Of a stretch of DNA of 64,000 nucleotides, positions 46,733 through 60,440 are shown piece after piece. The DNA comes from the human T2T-CHM13v2.0 reference genome, Homo sapiens. Position 1 is the first letter of the stretch. The number at the start of each line of letters is the position of its first letter. The translations under genes were made by a program, and so were the position numbers. Below the pieces are notes generated by a model. It saw only the letters and a list, made by a program, of their open reading frames with translations. It was not told the origin of the DNA and ran no database searches. Location: the NCBI RefSeq assembly GCF_009914755.1, contig NC_060928.1; one strand, given 5' to 3'.

Positions 46733-49346
46733 ATTTTAACTTTTATTTTATGTTCAGGTGTACATGTGCAGGTTTGTAAACTTGTGACTCGTGGACTTGG
46801 TGTACGAATTATTTCATCACCCAGGCATTAAGCATAATTAAGCATAGTACCCAACAGTTGCTTTTCTTTTCTTTTTTTTTGGAACATCTCCATCCTCCTA
46901 ACTTCCTCTCTGAAGTAGGCCCCATTGTCTGTTGTTCCCCTCTTTCTGTCCATGTGTTTTCGTTATTTAGCTCCCACTTTTAAGTGAGAACACATGGTAT
47001 TTGGTTTTCTCTTCCTGCGTTACTTTGCTAAGGATAATGGCCTCCAGTTCCATACATGTTCTTGTAAATGACATGATCTCATTCTGCTTTATGGCTTCAG
47101 AGTATTCCATGGTGTATATGTACCACATTTTCTTTATCCAGTCTACTAATGATGGGCATTTAGGTTGATGACATGTCTTTGCTACTGTGAATAGTGCTGC
47201 GGTGAACATACATGTGCATGTGGCTTCATGGGAGAACAATTTCTATTCCTTTGGGTATATACCCAGTAGTGGTATTGCTGGGTCAAATGGTAGTTCTGCT
47301 TTTAATTCTTTGAAGAATTGCCACACTGCTTTCCCCAATGGTTGAACTAATTTCCACTCCCACCAGCAGTGCATAAGTGTTCCTTTTTCTCTGAAGTTTG
47401 CTAACATCTGATATTTTTGACTTTTTAATAACAGCCGTTCTGACTGGTGCGAGATGGTATGTCATTGTGGTTTTGATTTGCATTTTTCTAATGATCAGTG
47501 ATGTTGTTTGTATTTCCATATGCTTGTTGACCACATGTATGTCTTCTTTTTAAAAGTGTCTGTTCATGTCCTCTGTTCACTATTTAATGGGGTTGTGTGT
47601 TTTTTGCTTATACATTTGTCTAAGTTTCTTGCAGATTCTGGGTATTAGACCTTGGTCAGATATAGAGTTCACAACAAATATTTTCTCCAATTCTGTAGGT
47701 TGCCTGTTTACTCTGTTAATAGTTTATTTTGCTGTGCAGAAGCGCTTTAATTAGGCCCCATTTGTCAATTTTGCTTTTGTTGACGATTGCTTTTGATGGT
47801 TTTGTCATGAAATCTTTGCCAGTTCCTATGTCCAAAATGGTATTTCCTAGATTATCTTCCAGGGTTTTTATACTTCTAGGTTTTACATTTAGGTTTTTAA
47901 TCTATCCTGAGTTGATTTTTGTATTTGGTGTAAGGAAGTGGTCCTATTTTACTCTTCTACATATGATAGCCAGTTTTCTGAGCACCACTTATCGAATAGG
48001 GAGTCTTTTCCCTATTGCTTGCTTTTGCTAGTTTTGTCAAACATCAGATGGTTGTAGGTATGTGGCTTTATTTTTGGGCTCTCCATTTTGTTCCATTCAT
48101 CTGCGTGCCTGTTTTTGTACTAGTACCATGCTGTTTCGGTTACTGTAGTATAGTTTGAAATCAGGTAATGTGATTCCTCCAGCTTTGTTCTTTTTGCTAA
48201 GGCGTTCCTTAGCTATTCAGGCTCTTTTTTGTTCTGTATGAATTTTAGAATAGATTTCTTCTAGTTCTGTGAAGAATGGTAGTTTGATAGGCATAGCATT
48301 AAATCTATAAATTGCTTTGGGCAGTATGACCATTTTAATGATATTGATTCTTCCTATCAATGAGCATGGAATGTTTTTCCATTTGTTTGTGTCATCTCTG
48401 ATTTCTTTGAGCAGTGTCTTGTAATTGTTATTGTAGATATTTTTCCCCTTCCTAGTTTGCTGTATTCCTAGGTATTTTATTCTTTTTGTGGCAATTGTAA
48501 TGGAGTTGCATTTCTCATTTGGCTCTTGCCTTGGGTGCTGTTAGTGTATAGGAATGCTACTAATTTTTGTACATTAATTTTGTATCCCAAAACCTTGTTG
48601 AAGTTGTTTATCAGCTCACGGATCTTTTTGGCAGAGACTATGGGGTTTTCTAAACATAGAATCATGTCATCTGCAAACAGTGACAGTTTGACTTTCTTTA
48701 TTTCTCTTTGGGTGCCTTTTATTTCTTTCATTTGCCTGATTGCTCTGGCCAGGACTTCCAATACTACATTGATTAGGAGTGGTGAGAGTGGGCATCCTTG
48801 TCTTGTGCCAGTTTTCAAGGGGATTCTTTCAGCCTTTTTCTATTCAGTATGATGTTGGCTGTGGGTTTTTCATAGATGGCTCTTATTATTTTGAGGTATG
48901 TTCCTTCAGTGCCTAGTTTATTGAAGACTTTTAACATGAAGGTATGTTGAATTTTATTGAAAGCCTTTCCTGCATTTATTGAGATAATTATGTGGTTTTT
49001 GTCTTTAATTCTGTTTATGCGATGAATCACATTTATTGATTTGCATATATTGAACCCACCTTGCATCCCAGGGATAAAGCCTACTTGATCATGGTGGATT
49101 AGCTTTTTGATGTGCAGCTGGATTTGGTTTTCTGATACTTTGTCAAGGATATTCGCATCTACGTTAATCAAGAATATTAGCCTGAAGTTTTCTTTCTTTG
49201 TTGTGTCTCTCCCATAACTTCGTATCAGGATGATGCTGGCCTCGTAGAATGAATTGGGGAGGAGTCAATTTCAGAGCTCATTATTGGTCTGTTCATGGAT
49301 TCATTTTTTTTCCCCAATTCAGTCTAGGGAGGATGTATGCTTCCAA
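46733..49346 (-). mobile_element. 5'-truncated older primate L1 (L1PA13-16/L1PB-like), 3' ~2.6 kb
   Basis: 3' end GTACATGTGCAGGTTTGT; ORF2 fragments [35 protein letters not shown]; internal deletion near 49266 relative to the other L1 copies. Confidence 0.93.
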
Positions 49347-49429
49347 GCAAAATATTTATATAGATGTGTATGTGTACAAATACACATACCTACATACATA
49401 TACTCTATATTCTGCCTACTGAGAATGAT

Positions 49430-50565
49430 TAGAAACAGCGTGCCTCAGTGCAATGAGCATACCTACCACCCAGATCTTAGCTTCTAAATTCTATTCTCTA
49501 CTAAAATAAACAAGGGCTTACTGAGGAAATGGGCTACTCTAGGGCTAGGGTAGGGAAAGTACGAGATGAATCTGGAATATCTTATTATGTCACCAAGTGA
49601 AGATGTGCTCAAAGGATGATGAAGACATATCAGATGACCTAAAAACCTGCTTGAAAAGATTCCCACTTGCCAAATACGGAATACATTGTGCACCTAAACA
49701 AATGCTATTTATAACATTATAAATTATATATCTTCAATGGGTTATAGTGTTATATGTAAAGTCCTGTTATTATATTATATATAACATTATTTATATATAT
49801 AACATTATAACCCATTGAAGATATGGGAAACCATGAATCTATGCTGCTATCAGTAAATAAAGGAATAAATTAAAAGTTTGATGGGGGATGTCATATTTAC
49901 ATAGCTTTAAAGTATCTCCCAATAAAATACTTATTAATTGGACAATTAATAAAAAAAGAGTTACAGTACTATGAAGAAGTTAATTAAATGATCAAACTGA
50001 CACAATTGGAAGTGAGACAAATCAAAATTACCTGACTGGATGCAGGTGACAGTACACTGTGATTTTTTTTTTTAATACTCCTTCCAAATAAGCATAATAT
50101 GAATACAATAAAACATAATTCAAACCCAAATAAAGGGACATTTTACAAAATAATTTCAAAATCTTCAAAAATGTTAAGGATATAAAATTCAAGTAAAAAC
50201 TGAGGATCTACTGTAGATTGAAGAAGATAAAAGACAAATGACAATTATATGCACTACAATTTCCTCAGCTGAATCCATTTGCTGTAAAGAACATTATTTA
50301 GACAGTCTGTATAACTTGAAGAGGTCTGAGGATTAGGTGATAGTAATGCCGATGTCACATAAGAAGTTGTTAATATTGATGATTTTATTGTAGTTACATA
50401 GGATAATGTCTTTTTTCTGCATTAGAAATACACACTAAGTATTCGGGTGTGATCGGGCATCAGGTTGACAACTTATTCTAAAATGGTTTAGGAAAAATAT
50501 TATTCTTAGTATTGGACTTGAAGATTTTATGTAAGTTTAAGTTTGTTTCAAAATGAATAAAAAAC
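49430..50565 (+). mobile_element. Ancient mammalian L1 3'UTR (L1MC-like)
   Basis: Degenerate GAAATACACACTAAGTATTCGGGTGTGATCGGGCATCAGGTTGACAACTTATTCTAAAATGGTT...GTTTCAAAATGAA. Boundaries approximate. Confidence 0.55.
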
Positions 50566-50599
50566 AAATTATATTGGGAAATGATTCATGATTTTGCTC

Positions 50600-50900
50600 A
50601 AGTGATTAAATGATCTCCCTTATGTTTGCAAACGAACACGGTGGCTGATATGTAGACAAGGTACTTGGAGTGAAGATAGAGAATGGGCAAAGGTAAAAAA
50701 CCAAGAGACAAATTGAGATGCCATAGCAATAATTCAGAGGAAGATGATGGTGGCTTGAACTAGGGATATAACGGAGCAAGTGGTGAGAATCTGTTGGATT
50801 TGAGTTATATTTTGAAATGATAACCCACAATACTTGCTGGATGTCGAGTGTGTAGGAAAGACAGTGTTTGGCTTGGGATGACTTTAAGCTTTGAGAAAGG
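50600..50900 (-). mobile_element. L2 fragment
   Basis: GAAGATGATGGTGGCTTGAACTAGGG...GGTGAGAATCTGTTGGATTTGAGTTATATTTTGAA typical of antisense L2. Confidence 0.55.
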
Positions 50901-51119
50901 TTCTTAGACCTAGAGGCATTGATTAATATAGTTGTCTTTAACTTGTACATTTTCCTCTTCTGGTATTACTGCTTTCATCTTAATGGCATGATAATACTGC
51001 AAAAGTGTTCTGAAAATAATCTAAATTATTGAGAAATAAACTATTCATGAGTTATAGGACTATGTCTTTTATAAAAACCTTGACAATTTTATTACAGTTT
51101 ACATTCTGTCAGTACGCAT

Positions 51120-51325
51120 GTGGGAAGCAACATAGCATAGTGGTTGGAGTAAGTACTATGGTATTAGAAATGACTTTAGCTTTAGCTTGGGCAATGATAA
51201 TTTTGGACAAGTTACTTTCTCAATATCCTCATATAAAATGAGGGATAATAATATCTACTTCATAGAATTGTGAAAGGATTAATTTAAAACAAAGTGATTA
51301 GCACTGAGCTAAATATTGTTGTAGT
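51120..51325 (-). mobile_element. MIR SINE
   Basis: CATAGCATAGTGGTT...TTGGACAAGTTACTT...CCTCATATAAAATGAGGATAATAATATCTACTTCATAGAATTGTG. Confidence 0.65.
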
Positions 51326-51636
51326 CACTATTATCAGTAGTAAATAGTGATAGAAAAAACATTGTGTGATACCTCCAAAGATCTCTAACAAACTCTTAAA
51401 GAAATTATTAGTTTAAAAAAATTTGTGGAAGAGAAATGGAAGAAATATATAAAATGCCACCAAGGATTACCATTGAAATTTGTGGCAGTGGCTAACAGGT
51501 TTTTCAAATTTCATCAGTTATGCACATTTGACATAGTTTGCTTGCATTCAAAACATGAAAAAACAGTAAAAATTTTTAATACCTCCTTGGTCTGGGAAAA
51601 TTGCCTTAAATTATGACCGTGTTTCTAAAATTTTAG

Positions 51637-51671
51637 ATAAAAGCATTTGGTACAGTATTCACCTCAGAGAG
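51637..51671 (+). other. Candidate 35-nt internal exon (unknown transcript)
   Basis: TTTCTAAAATTTTAG|ATAAAAGC...CAGAGAG|GTGAGT. Splice signals only. Confidence 0.25.
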
Positions 51672-52233
51672 GTGAGTGTTCTTGTTGCTTAGAACAGAAC
51701 ATACTTTTTCAATGCCTTCCTTCCTAATCCAACTTTATATTCCCTATTTAGTATGCCTAATCATTATTCTAGGGCTCGTTTGAAAACAGTTGTTCTTAAT
51801 TGTAAAATTGAGCTGTGCTCCATTAAGCTCCTGCCGAGCTGCTTTTGAGATCCTTGGTGGTTTGGAATGTGGAGATGCATCCACATTCTCCCCTTGCCAG
51901 TCCTTTTCATCTTTCCTCTCTAATGCCATCCCTCAGTGTTTCAGCTGCTAAGTGGTTCTAGCGTATGTCTGATATAATTTTCTGGTGACTGATGCACTGT
52001 TCTCACTACTGATATGTCAGCAGGAATGCCACCTGTGTCTGGGAATTCAAAACCATCAGGACAGTGTATTTTAATGGAGCAAGAGGGAAAAATGTAGAAT
52101 TAAATGGAAAGAAGCATTCCAGTTCTAACTTCTAATATTTAATTTTGGAGAAACTGTGAGGGTAAAAGAAAAAGTGAATGTTACATGAGCTTTTAAATTA
52201 ACCCACAAAGAAACTGAAGTATTTTTTATGAAA

Positions 52234-52721
52234 TTTTTATTCCTTTTTTAAATAATTTAAACTTCTATTTTAGATGCAGGAGGTACATGTGCAGGTTTGT
52301 TACATGGGTATATTGAATGATGCTGAGGTTTGGGGATATGAATGATCCCATAACACAGGTAGTAAGCATAGTACCCAATAGGTAGTTTTTCAGCCCTTGC
52401 CCACCTCCTTCTCTCCCTACTCTTATAGCCCCCAGTGTCTATTGTTGCTATCTTTATGTCCATGTGTATTCAATATTTAGCTCCCACTTATAAGTGAGAA
52501 CACGTGGTAGTTTGTTTTCTGTTTCTGTGTTAATTTTCTTACTATAATGGCCTCCAGTTGCATCCATGTTATTGCAAATGACATGATTTCATTCTTTTTT
52601 ATGGCTACATAGTATTACATGGCATATACGCACCACTTTTTTAAATCTAATCCACTGTTTATGGGCACCTTGGTTGATTCCATGTCTTTGAATGGAACTG
52701 GAGATCATTACGTCAAGTGAA
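52234..52721 (-). mobile_element. 5'-truncated older L1 3' end (L1PA15-16/L1PB-like) with a 31-bp sense-orientation L1 piece at 52691-52721
   Basis: GGTACATGTGCAGGTTTGTTACATGGGTATATTG and TTTAGCTCCCACTTATAAGTGAGAAC, followed by AATGGAACTGGAGATCATTACGTCAAGTGAA. Confidence 0.88.
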
Positions 52722-53005
52722 TTTTTTTTTAATGTAATGTCTCAACTTTTGATATGGATGTTTGTACATTTATTTATTCACTATTTGTGAATATCTAACT
52801 TTGTTTTGTTCTAGGGACTTGTCTGGGTACTGGGAAAAACAGAGATGTAGTGCTGCTTTCACAGAACCTAGAGTCTACTTTGGAGCATACAATTTTACCA
52901 AAATAGGTCTCCCAGCTTCAAGTCTACAAAGTTGTTTTATGGTGATATAGTAAAAAAAAGTTAATGGTAACATCCATTCATGTAAACATTCCAAATGAAC
53001 TCTTT

Positions 53006-53063
53006 GCTAAATAATGAAGAATGCTTGTCCTCTGGCTAAATAATGAAGTATGTTTGTCCTCTG
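53006..53063. repeat. 29-bp tandem duplication
   Basis: GCTAAATAATGAAG(A/T)ATG(C/T)TTGTCCTCTG x2. Confidence 0.85.
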
Positions 53064-54865
53064 TAAAGTAGACATTGCACTTTAAGTGGCAGGCTTCTAG
53101 AAGTCCACAAGGCTTTTGTGGGGAGGAGAATGGACAAATTTGATTTAAGGATCAACTTTCAACTGCAAAATCAAAGAAGTATAAAAATTGTAGAATGAAT
53201 TTACAACTTGGATTTACAAAATTAATTTGACAATAAAGTCATTGTAGCAATAGACACGGGATCCTTTAATAAAGTCAAGAAACTCAAGTTTCTAAACCTG
53301 ATGTTGAGCTTCACCCCTATTCCCTATATCACTGGTGGGTTGGTATGTCATGTTTTCTCCACCCTCTGGACCACGACATTGTTGTGGATTCTTCCATGGA
53401 AAAGCCCTAACTGTTATTACTGTGCTTGTTATGTTGTCTCATGCAACAACATTCCTATATTTATGGAAATGCCAGACAAGTTTTGTCTGTTTGGGTTATA
53501 AATAAAACCTTTCCTCTACTTAGAGAACTAGACCTTATATGTGGGTTGAATAGGGGTCTTTTCTCTGGAATTAGAAAAGAGAACATAAATTTCACTCCTG
53601 TGCCTTTTGCCTCCCTCCTGTCACCAAAAAGATTGCCAGAGTTATTAAAGAAGAGCAGGTAACAAGGCAAGAGTCAGTGAGAAACCACACTTGAATTTCT
53701 TCTTATTCAAATTATTCTATCTGCCTAACCAATGTATGAAACAATAGTTATCTCCAGTTCGATAATCTTTACTCCACAGAGATTAAAGTGCCCACATAAA
53801 TATGTAGGTATTTAATGAACTCACAATTTGTTTTTGTAATAGGTTACTTTTTGAGATATAATTTTAAAAACCCTAGACGAACACCCTATATGTGTTCACT
53901 TAATTTCAGTACCTTTTGCCCATAAAGAGACCATCAACCAATTATTGTGATTCCTTCCCTACTTTATTATTCTCTAACATATTAGTCTGTTATATTATCT
54001 TGATATTCCCGAATGCTACTTAAAATTCTTTTATTTCTCTACCTATTCATAGTTCATATTTCCTTCTCTACTTTCACTAGACTAGAAACTACTTGTGAGC
54101 AGACTCTATTTTTCTTGTTCATGTTGAAACAACTCTGGTTAAAACAGAGCTTGGAAAATAGCATATTTACTATTCTGAATGAGTAAAAAAGTCAGTCTCC
54201 ATAAATGGAACAAGATTATCTGTTCTAGAAGTAATCGTTTTTAAAAGAAAATGAGACATTTCTTCACCTACCACTTGCTATAACAAGGGCTTATTGGAAA
54301 GACTATTTATATATCAAAAGTAATTGTTTTTAAAATTGTTAATTAAATTTCAGATGTCATGTCAATTAAATCCTTTTACTTGAAATTTCATGAATTGAGA
54401 TATTCAGTTAACTGGAACTCCATATGTATAATATGATGGAAATTTAAATTCACAATGGAAATATTGAGAAATTACAAGACTCTGAAATATCTTCTTGTCT
54501 ACAGAAAATGAATATTGATTTAATAAAGTTTTAGAAGTTAAGGGATCTATTGTTTTTTCTTTAATTATCAACAACCCATTTATATATAAAGGGTATCCAG
54601 TGTACTTTAATTAGAATATTTAACTAATTAGTAGATGCCATTTATTATGATAAAATATACCTTTGTACCTATATATGGTGAGCCTTGATAAACATTACCG
54701 ATTTTCTAAAGTTATTGTTATTCAGACACTTAAGAGTAAGACTACTTTGAAAGAAATAATGATAGCTGATAAATAGTGTTTGTATTTTTATTTTTCCTTG
54801 AAAAAGTCCAGTGGAATTGATAAAGTACATATGCCTTTAAAAAAGATACTATACATATTTATTAA

Positions 54866-55312
54866 TGTATTAGGGTTCTCTAGAGGGACAGAACTAATAG
54901 GATAGATGTATATATAAAGGGGAGTTTATTAAGGAGCATTGACTCACATGATCACAAGGTGAGGTCCCACAATAGTCTGTCTGCAAGCTAAAGAGCAAGA
55001 TAGCCAGTCTGAGTCCCATAGCTGAAGAACTTGGAGTCCCATGTTCAAGGGTAGGAAGCAACCAGCACAGGAGAGAGATGGAGGCCAGCAGACTAAGCCA
55101 GCCTAATCTTTCCATGTTCTACTGCCTGCTTTATTCTAGCTGTGCTGGCAGCTGATTAGATGGTGCCACGCAGATTTGAGGGTGGGTCTGCCTTTCACAG
55201 TCCACTGACCCAAATGTTAATTTCCTTTGGCAACATCCTCAAAGACACACCCAGGAACAATACTTTGCATCCTTCAATCCAATCAAATTGACACTCAATA
55301 TCAACCATCATA
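54866..55312 (-). mobile_element. MLT2A (HERV-L) solo LTR
   Basis: TGTATTAGGGTTCTCTAGAGGGACAGAACTAATAGGA ... CAATCCAATCAAATTGACACTCAATATCAACCATCA; ATTAA-like flanks on both sides. Confidence 0.88.
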
Positions 55313-55820
55313 TTAAGTACATTAATTCTGAAGAACCCAATGATGATCTATGCTATTATTAAAATCCAATGATAAGTAAAAAACAGGATTTTTGTGTGTG
55401 TGCCTTGAGGATCTGCAAAGTGGCCAAACTCCCTGAGGACTTGAAAACTGCTTAATTTTCCCACCACCAAAATTTCAAATATGAGTTCATCTGTTTTGAT
55501 CCTCTCCCTCTTGTAACAAAAGCGGTCTGTGTTCTGAATCTCATACACTTTGTCCTTCTCAAAACTTTTGCTTATTGGGTTACCAACCTTTATTTGACAT
55601 CTCACCTCATTCCCAGATTTTCTGCTTGAATATTTCAAACAAGATGTCAACACTGAGCTTCCCAACTGATGTAATTTGTCAGACCTGCAGCTGGTCAAGA
55701 AGAACCTCCCATACCTGCCTCCTCCAGGCCTGCCTCTGGGAGCTGGCTCTCTTGTCAGTTTATCACAGTGCGCATAAAATGTTAATCACTTTCTTATGAG
55801 TAACATGATGCATTAAGTAG

Positions 55821-56138
<318 letters not shown>

Positions 56139-56460
56139 TATAGCATCTTATTGTTATTTTTTTATGTTTAAGAGACTTTCCCTTAGCAGTCTTTCTTACA
56201 CATAGGATACATACTTTCCTATATTATTTTACCCTGTTACATTTTCATAGTACTTTTTATACTTCGTAACTAAATCTTTACATGTTAATTTATGTTAATT
56301 TACCCACTTGTCCATTTTACCAATGAGTGAAAGGGGCAAATAAAACTGATACGCTTGGATTTCATCTTATTATCTTCTTGCTATTGTTTGGAACACAAAC
56401 AATATTGATATGAGAAAGGGAGGGAGAAGGAAATTGATTAAGCCAAGATTTAGGGGGTAT

Positions 56461-58053
56461 TGTGTCCGGAATTGGTGGGTTCTTGGTCTCACTGACTTCA
56501 AGAATGAAGCCGCGGACCCTCGCGGTGAGTGTTACAGCTCTTAAGGTGGCGCGTCGCGAGTCTGTCCCTTCTGATGTTCAGATGTGTTCGTAGTTTCTTC
56601 CTTCTGGTGGGTTCGTGGTCTCGCTGGCTCAGGAGTGAAGCTGCAGACCTTCACGGTGAGTGTTACAGCTCTTAAAAGCAGCGTGGACCCAAAGAGTAAG
56701 CAGTAGCAAGAGGGAAAGAACAAAGCTTCCACAGTGTGGAAAGGGACCCGAGCGGGTTGCCAATGCTGGCTCAGGCAGCCTGCTTTCATTCTCTTATCTG
56801 GCCCCACCCACATCCTGCTGATTGGTAGAGCCCAGTGGCCTGTTTTGTCAGGGCGCTGATTGGTGCGTTTACAATCCCTGAGCTAGATACAAAGGTTCTC
56901 CACCTCCCCATCAGATTAGTTAGATGCAGAGTCTCAACACACAGGTTCTCCAAGGCCCCACCAGAGCAGCTAGATACAGAGTGTGGATTGGTGCATTCAC
57001 AAACCTTGAGCTAAACACAGGGTGCTGATTGTTGTGTTTACAAACCTTGAGCTAGATACAGAGTGCCGATTGGTGTATTTACAATCCCTGAGCTAGACAT
57101 AAAGGTTCTCCAAGGCCCCACCAGAGCAGCTAGATACAGAGTGTCGATTGGTGCACTCACAAACCTTGAGTTAAACACAGGGTGCTGATTGGCATATTTA
57201 CAAACCCTGAGCTAGATACAGAGTGCCGATTGGTGTATTTACAATCCCTGAGCTAGACATAAAGGTTCTCCACATCCTCACCAGAGCAGCTAGATACAGA
57301 GTGTCCATTGGTGCACTCACAAACCTTGAGCTAAACACAGGGTGCTGATTGGTGTATTTACAATCCCTGAACTAGATATAAAGACTCTCCACTCCCCACC
57401 AGACTCAGGAGCCCAGCTGGCTTCACCTAGTGGATCCCGCACCGGGGCTGCAGGTGGAGCTGCCTGCCAGTCCTGCGCTGTGAGCTCGCATTCCTCAGCC
57501 CTTGGGTGGTCGATGGGACTGGGCGCCGTGGAGCAGGGGGTGGTGCTTGTCGGGGAGGCTCCGGCCGCACAGGAGCCCATGGAGTGGGTGGGAGGCTCAG
57601 GCATGGAGGGCTGCAGGTCCCGAGCCCTGCCCCGTGGGAAGGCAGCTAAGGCCCAGCGAGAAATCGAGCACAGCACGGTGGGCCGGCACTGCTGGGGGAC
57701 TCAGTACACCCTTGGCAGCCACTGGCCCGGGTGCTAAGTCCCCCATTGCCCGGGGCCAGAAGGGTTGGCTGGCTGCTCCGAGAGCGGGGCCCACCAAGCC
57801 CACACCCACCCGGAACTCCAGCTGGCCCGCAAGGGCCGCACGCAGCCCCGGTTCCTGCTCGTGCCTCTCCCTCCACACCTCCCTGCAAGCTGAGGGAGTG
57901 GGCTCCAGCCTTGGCCAGCCCAGAAAGGGGCTCCCACAGTGCAGTGGGGGCACTGAAGGGCTCCTCAAATGCCGCCAAAGTGGGAGCCCAGGCAGGGGAG
58001 GTGCCGAGAGCAAGTGAGGGCTCTGACGACTGCCAGCATGCTGTCACCTCTCA
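56461..58053 (-). mobile_element. LTR12C (HERV9) solo LTR, ~1.6 kb
   Basis: Ends TGTGTCCGGAATTGGTGGG and GCTGTCACCTCTCA; 4-bp TSD GTAT (56457-56460, 58054-58057); tandem GATTGG/CTAGATAC repeats and a GC-rich U3. Confidence 0.95.
56815..57385 (-). promoter_or_regulatory. LTR12 U3 tandem enhancer/promoter array (CCAAT/NF-Y and GATA-type motifs)
   Basis: About ten ATTGG motifs (CCAAT on the minus strand) in 41/79-bp repeat units; NF-Y use by LTR12/ERV9 is established knowledge. Confidence 0.7.
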
Positions 58054-58827
58054 GTATGACTAAAAGTTGATGAAACTGATTTTTATAGAAGCTTACTATT
58101 TAGAACTTAATGATACATAACACTAGTGTACTTTGAGGAAATTTCATTGAATTGTTGGGCACAACTGTTGTTCTTGTATACTTAGCACTTTCCCCTTTGT
58201 TGTGAAGACAGAGCCCTTCTCTTGCTTTAGGACACTATACTTTGCATCGATCCTTCACCCACAGTAAGAATATCGATAATATTGCCTTGCTTATATTACC
58301 ATAAGTGACCAACACTGGCCTATCTGTTTATCACCTACTCCTGGAAACTGTGATTGATTCAGAACTAACAGGTATACCAACCAGGGTGATTAGAATCCTA
58401 TTCTTGGTAATTGACGTAATGTCAACACTAAATACGATACAAACCTAAAGCAACTGTGGCCATTTTGCTACCACAAAGAGAACACCTGATTAAGTATTAA
58501 ACATACACAGAGAAAGACAAAAGACAGAACATGGAGGGAGAAAGAGTTCCAATAATCTCCTCCCCACACATAGATTCAGGCAAGCCTAAATATTCCTGAA
58601 TTTTTCAGTAGTATAAATATTTTTGGTTTAAGCTAATTTGAATTGATGGGCTGTAATACAAAGTTTCTTAAATTTATTCTAATCATTCCTCAAAAACACA
58701 TCTCAAAATTCATTTTCAAATATAATTGTTATAAAAGCCAGTATGTGTCCAATCTCACAGATGATTTTTACACTGGCCAATTTTCTTTGGGCAAATAAAA
58801 GTGAATAGTCAATATTTACAGTTTGGC

Positions 58828-59177
<350 letters not shown>

Positions 59178-60309
59178 TAGGAAGAGATTCACAAGAACTT
59201 TCTCTGAGCTACATTCACTTAGGGCAAAAGATTCCTGTTGGTAACATGATATTTTTATCAGGATTACTGCTTCTAAAATAGTACAATATATTTATAAAAA
59301 TTATGGAGAATATATATTTTTACCAACCTAAATCCATTAATTTTAATCACAAACCTATGATTGTTAGGATTAGTATCTGTCTCTCATATCTGTCTTAAAG
59401 AAACAAATTTATATAGATAGAAATTTCTATGTAGAGTATTTCCCATACTTTCATTTGACCAGTGTTTTTAGAACCTCTCTTAAAATGTAAATTTACTCAA
59501 AACGTCATATATAAATCAGTTAAACCTAGAGTTCTTCTAGTTCAAGTGAGAATGGGAGATCCACAGTTTATCCCTTTTGACCACTTCCCTCCCGAGTCAC
59601 TTTTGGGAAGAGCATAGGGTTTAATGAAACTGTTGAACTATACTGGGCATGTTAAAACGTAGGCCAAAGGTAGCAAGTGACAGATAGATTATTATTGTAC
59701 ACAGGTAGTGTATTTTTATCCCCATCACATTGCTTGTTAACTACTGTCTTTTTAAATGTCATAAATTGAGAAGAAGTTTTTGTTTTGTTATTCTAGTAAG
59801 AATTGCCCCTGGAAATGTATGCTCGTTTCTTGCATGCTGCTGTGCTCGTTGAAAAGGTGGCAATGACCTGACAGATGGGACAAGGAATTTATTTTGCCTG
59901 AACAATCATATAGTTAATGGAACATTTAAAAATTGACTTTTTATGATTATGTGATTAACAGGAATAATTCCTTTAAATACACTGTTTGCTAAGAGCTAGA
60001 ATACAATGAAGGTTTGGAATAGCTGTCTTCTGTGTCAAAAAGAGTGACAATTCAGAAACAGCTGAAATAAGTGATATGGGTTAAAGGGAATTGGTACATG
60101 GAATTTTCTTTGTGTAAGTAGTTTACTGTTCAGTGAGCAATTTACTAGTTCAACAACGGTAGCAGTGTCTTTCTCTTTTTTTATTTTTGGCCTACTTCAC
60201 ATAACCCTGCAAGCAGTTGTGCTGAGGGATGTGCTGAAAATAGATTTGCCAAAAGAGTAGGTTTTAGGTACACTTACTGAAAAAAAAGGAAAGAAAAGAA
60301 GGAAAATTT

Positions 60310-60440
60310 AAAAAGATAACTATATGAGATGATACATATGTTAATTTGCTTGACTGTAGTAAGCACTTCACTATATATACATATATATCAAAATATCATG
60401 TTTTACACCTTAAATACATACAATTTAAAAAACAAAATGT
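60310..60440 (+). mobile_element. L1M (L1MA/MB-like) 3'-terminal fragment
   Basis: GATACATATGTTAATTTGCTTGACTGTAGTAAGCACTTCAC...CATGTTTTACACCTTAAATACATACAATTT followed by an A-rich tail. Confidence 0.7.

Noticed and set aside
57317-58063. Overlapping 110-171 aa ORFs and CpG-island-like composition
   Set aside because: Entirely within the GC-rich U3 of LTR12C.
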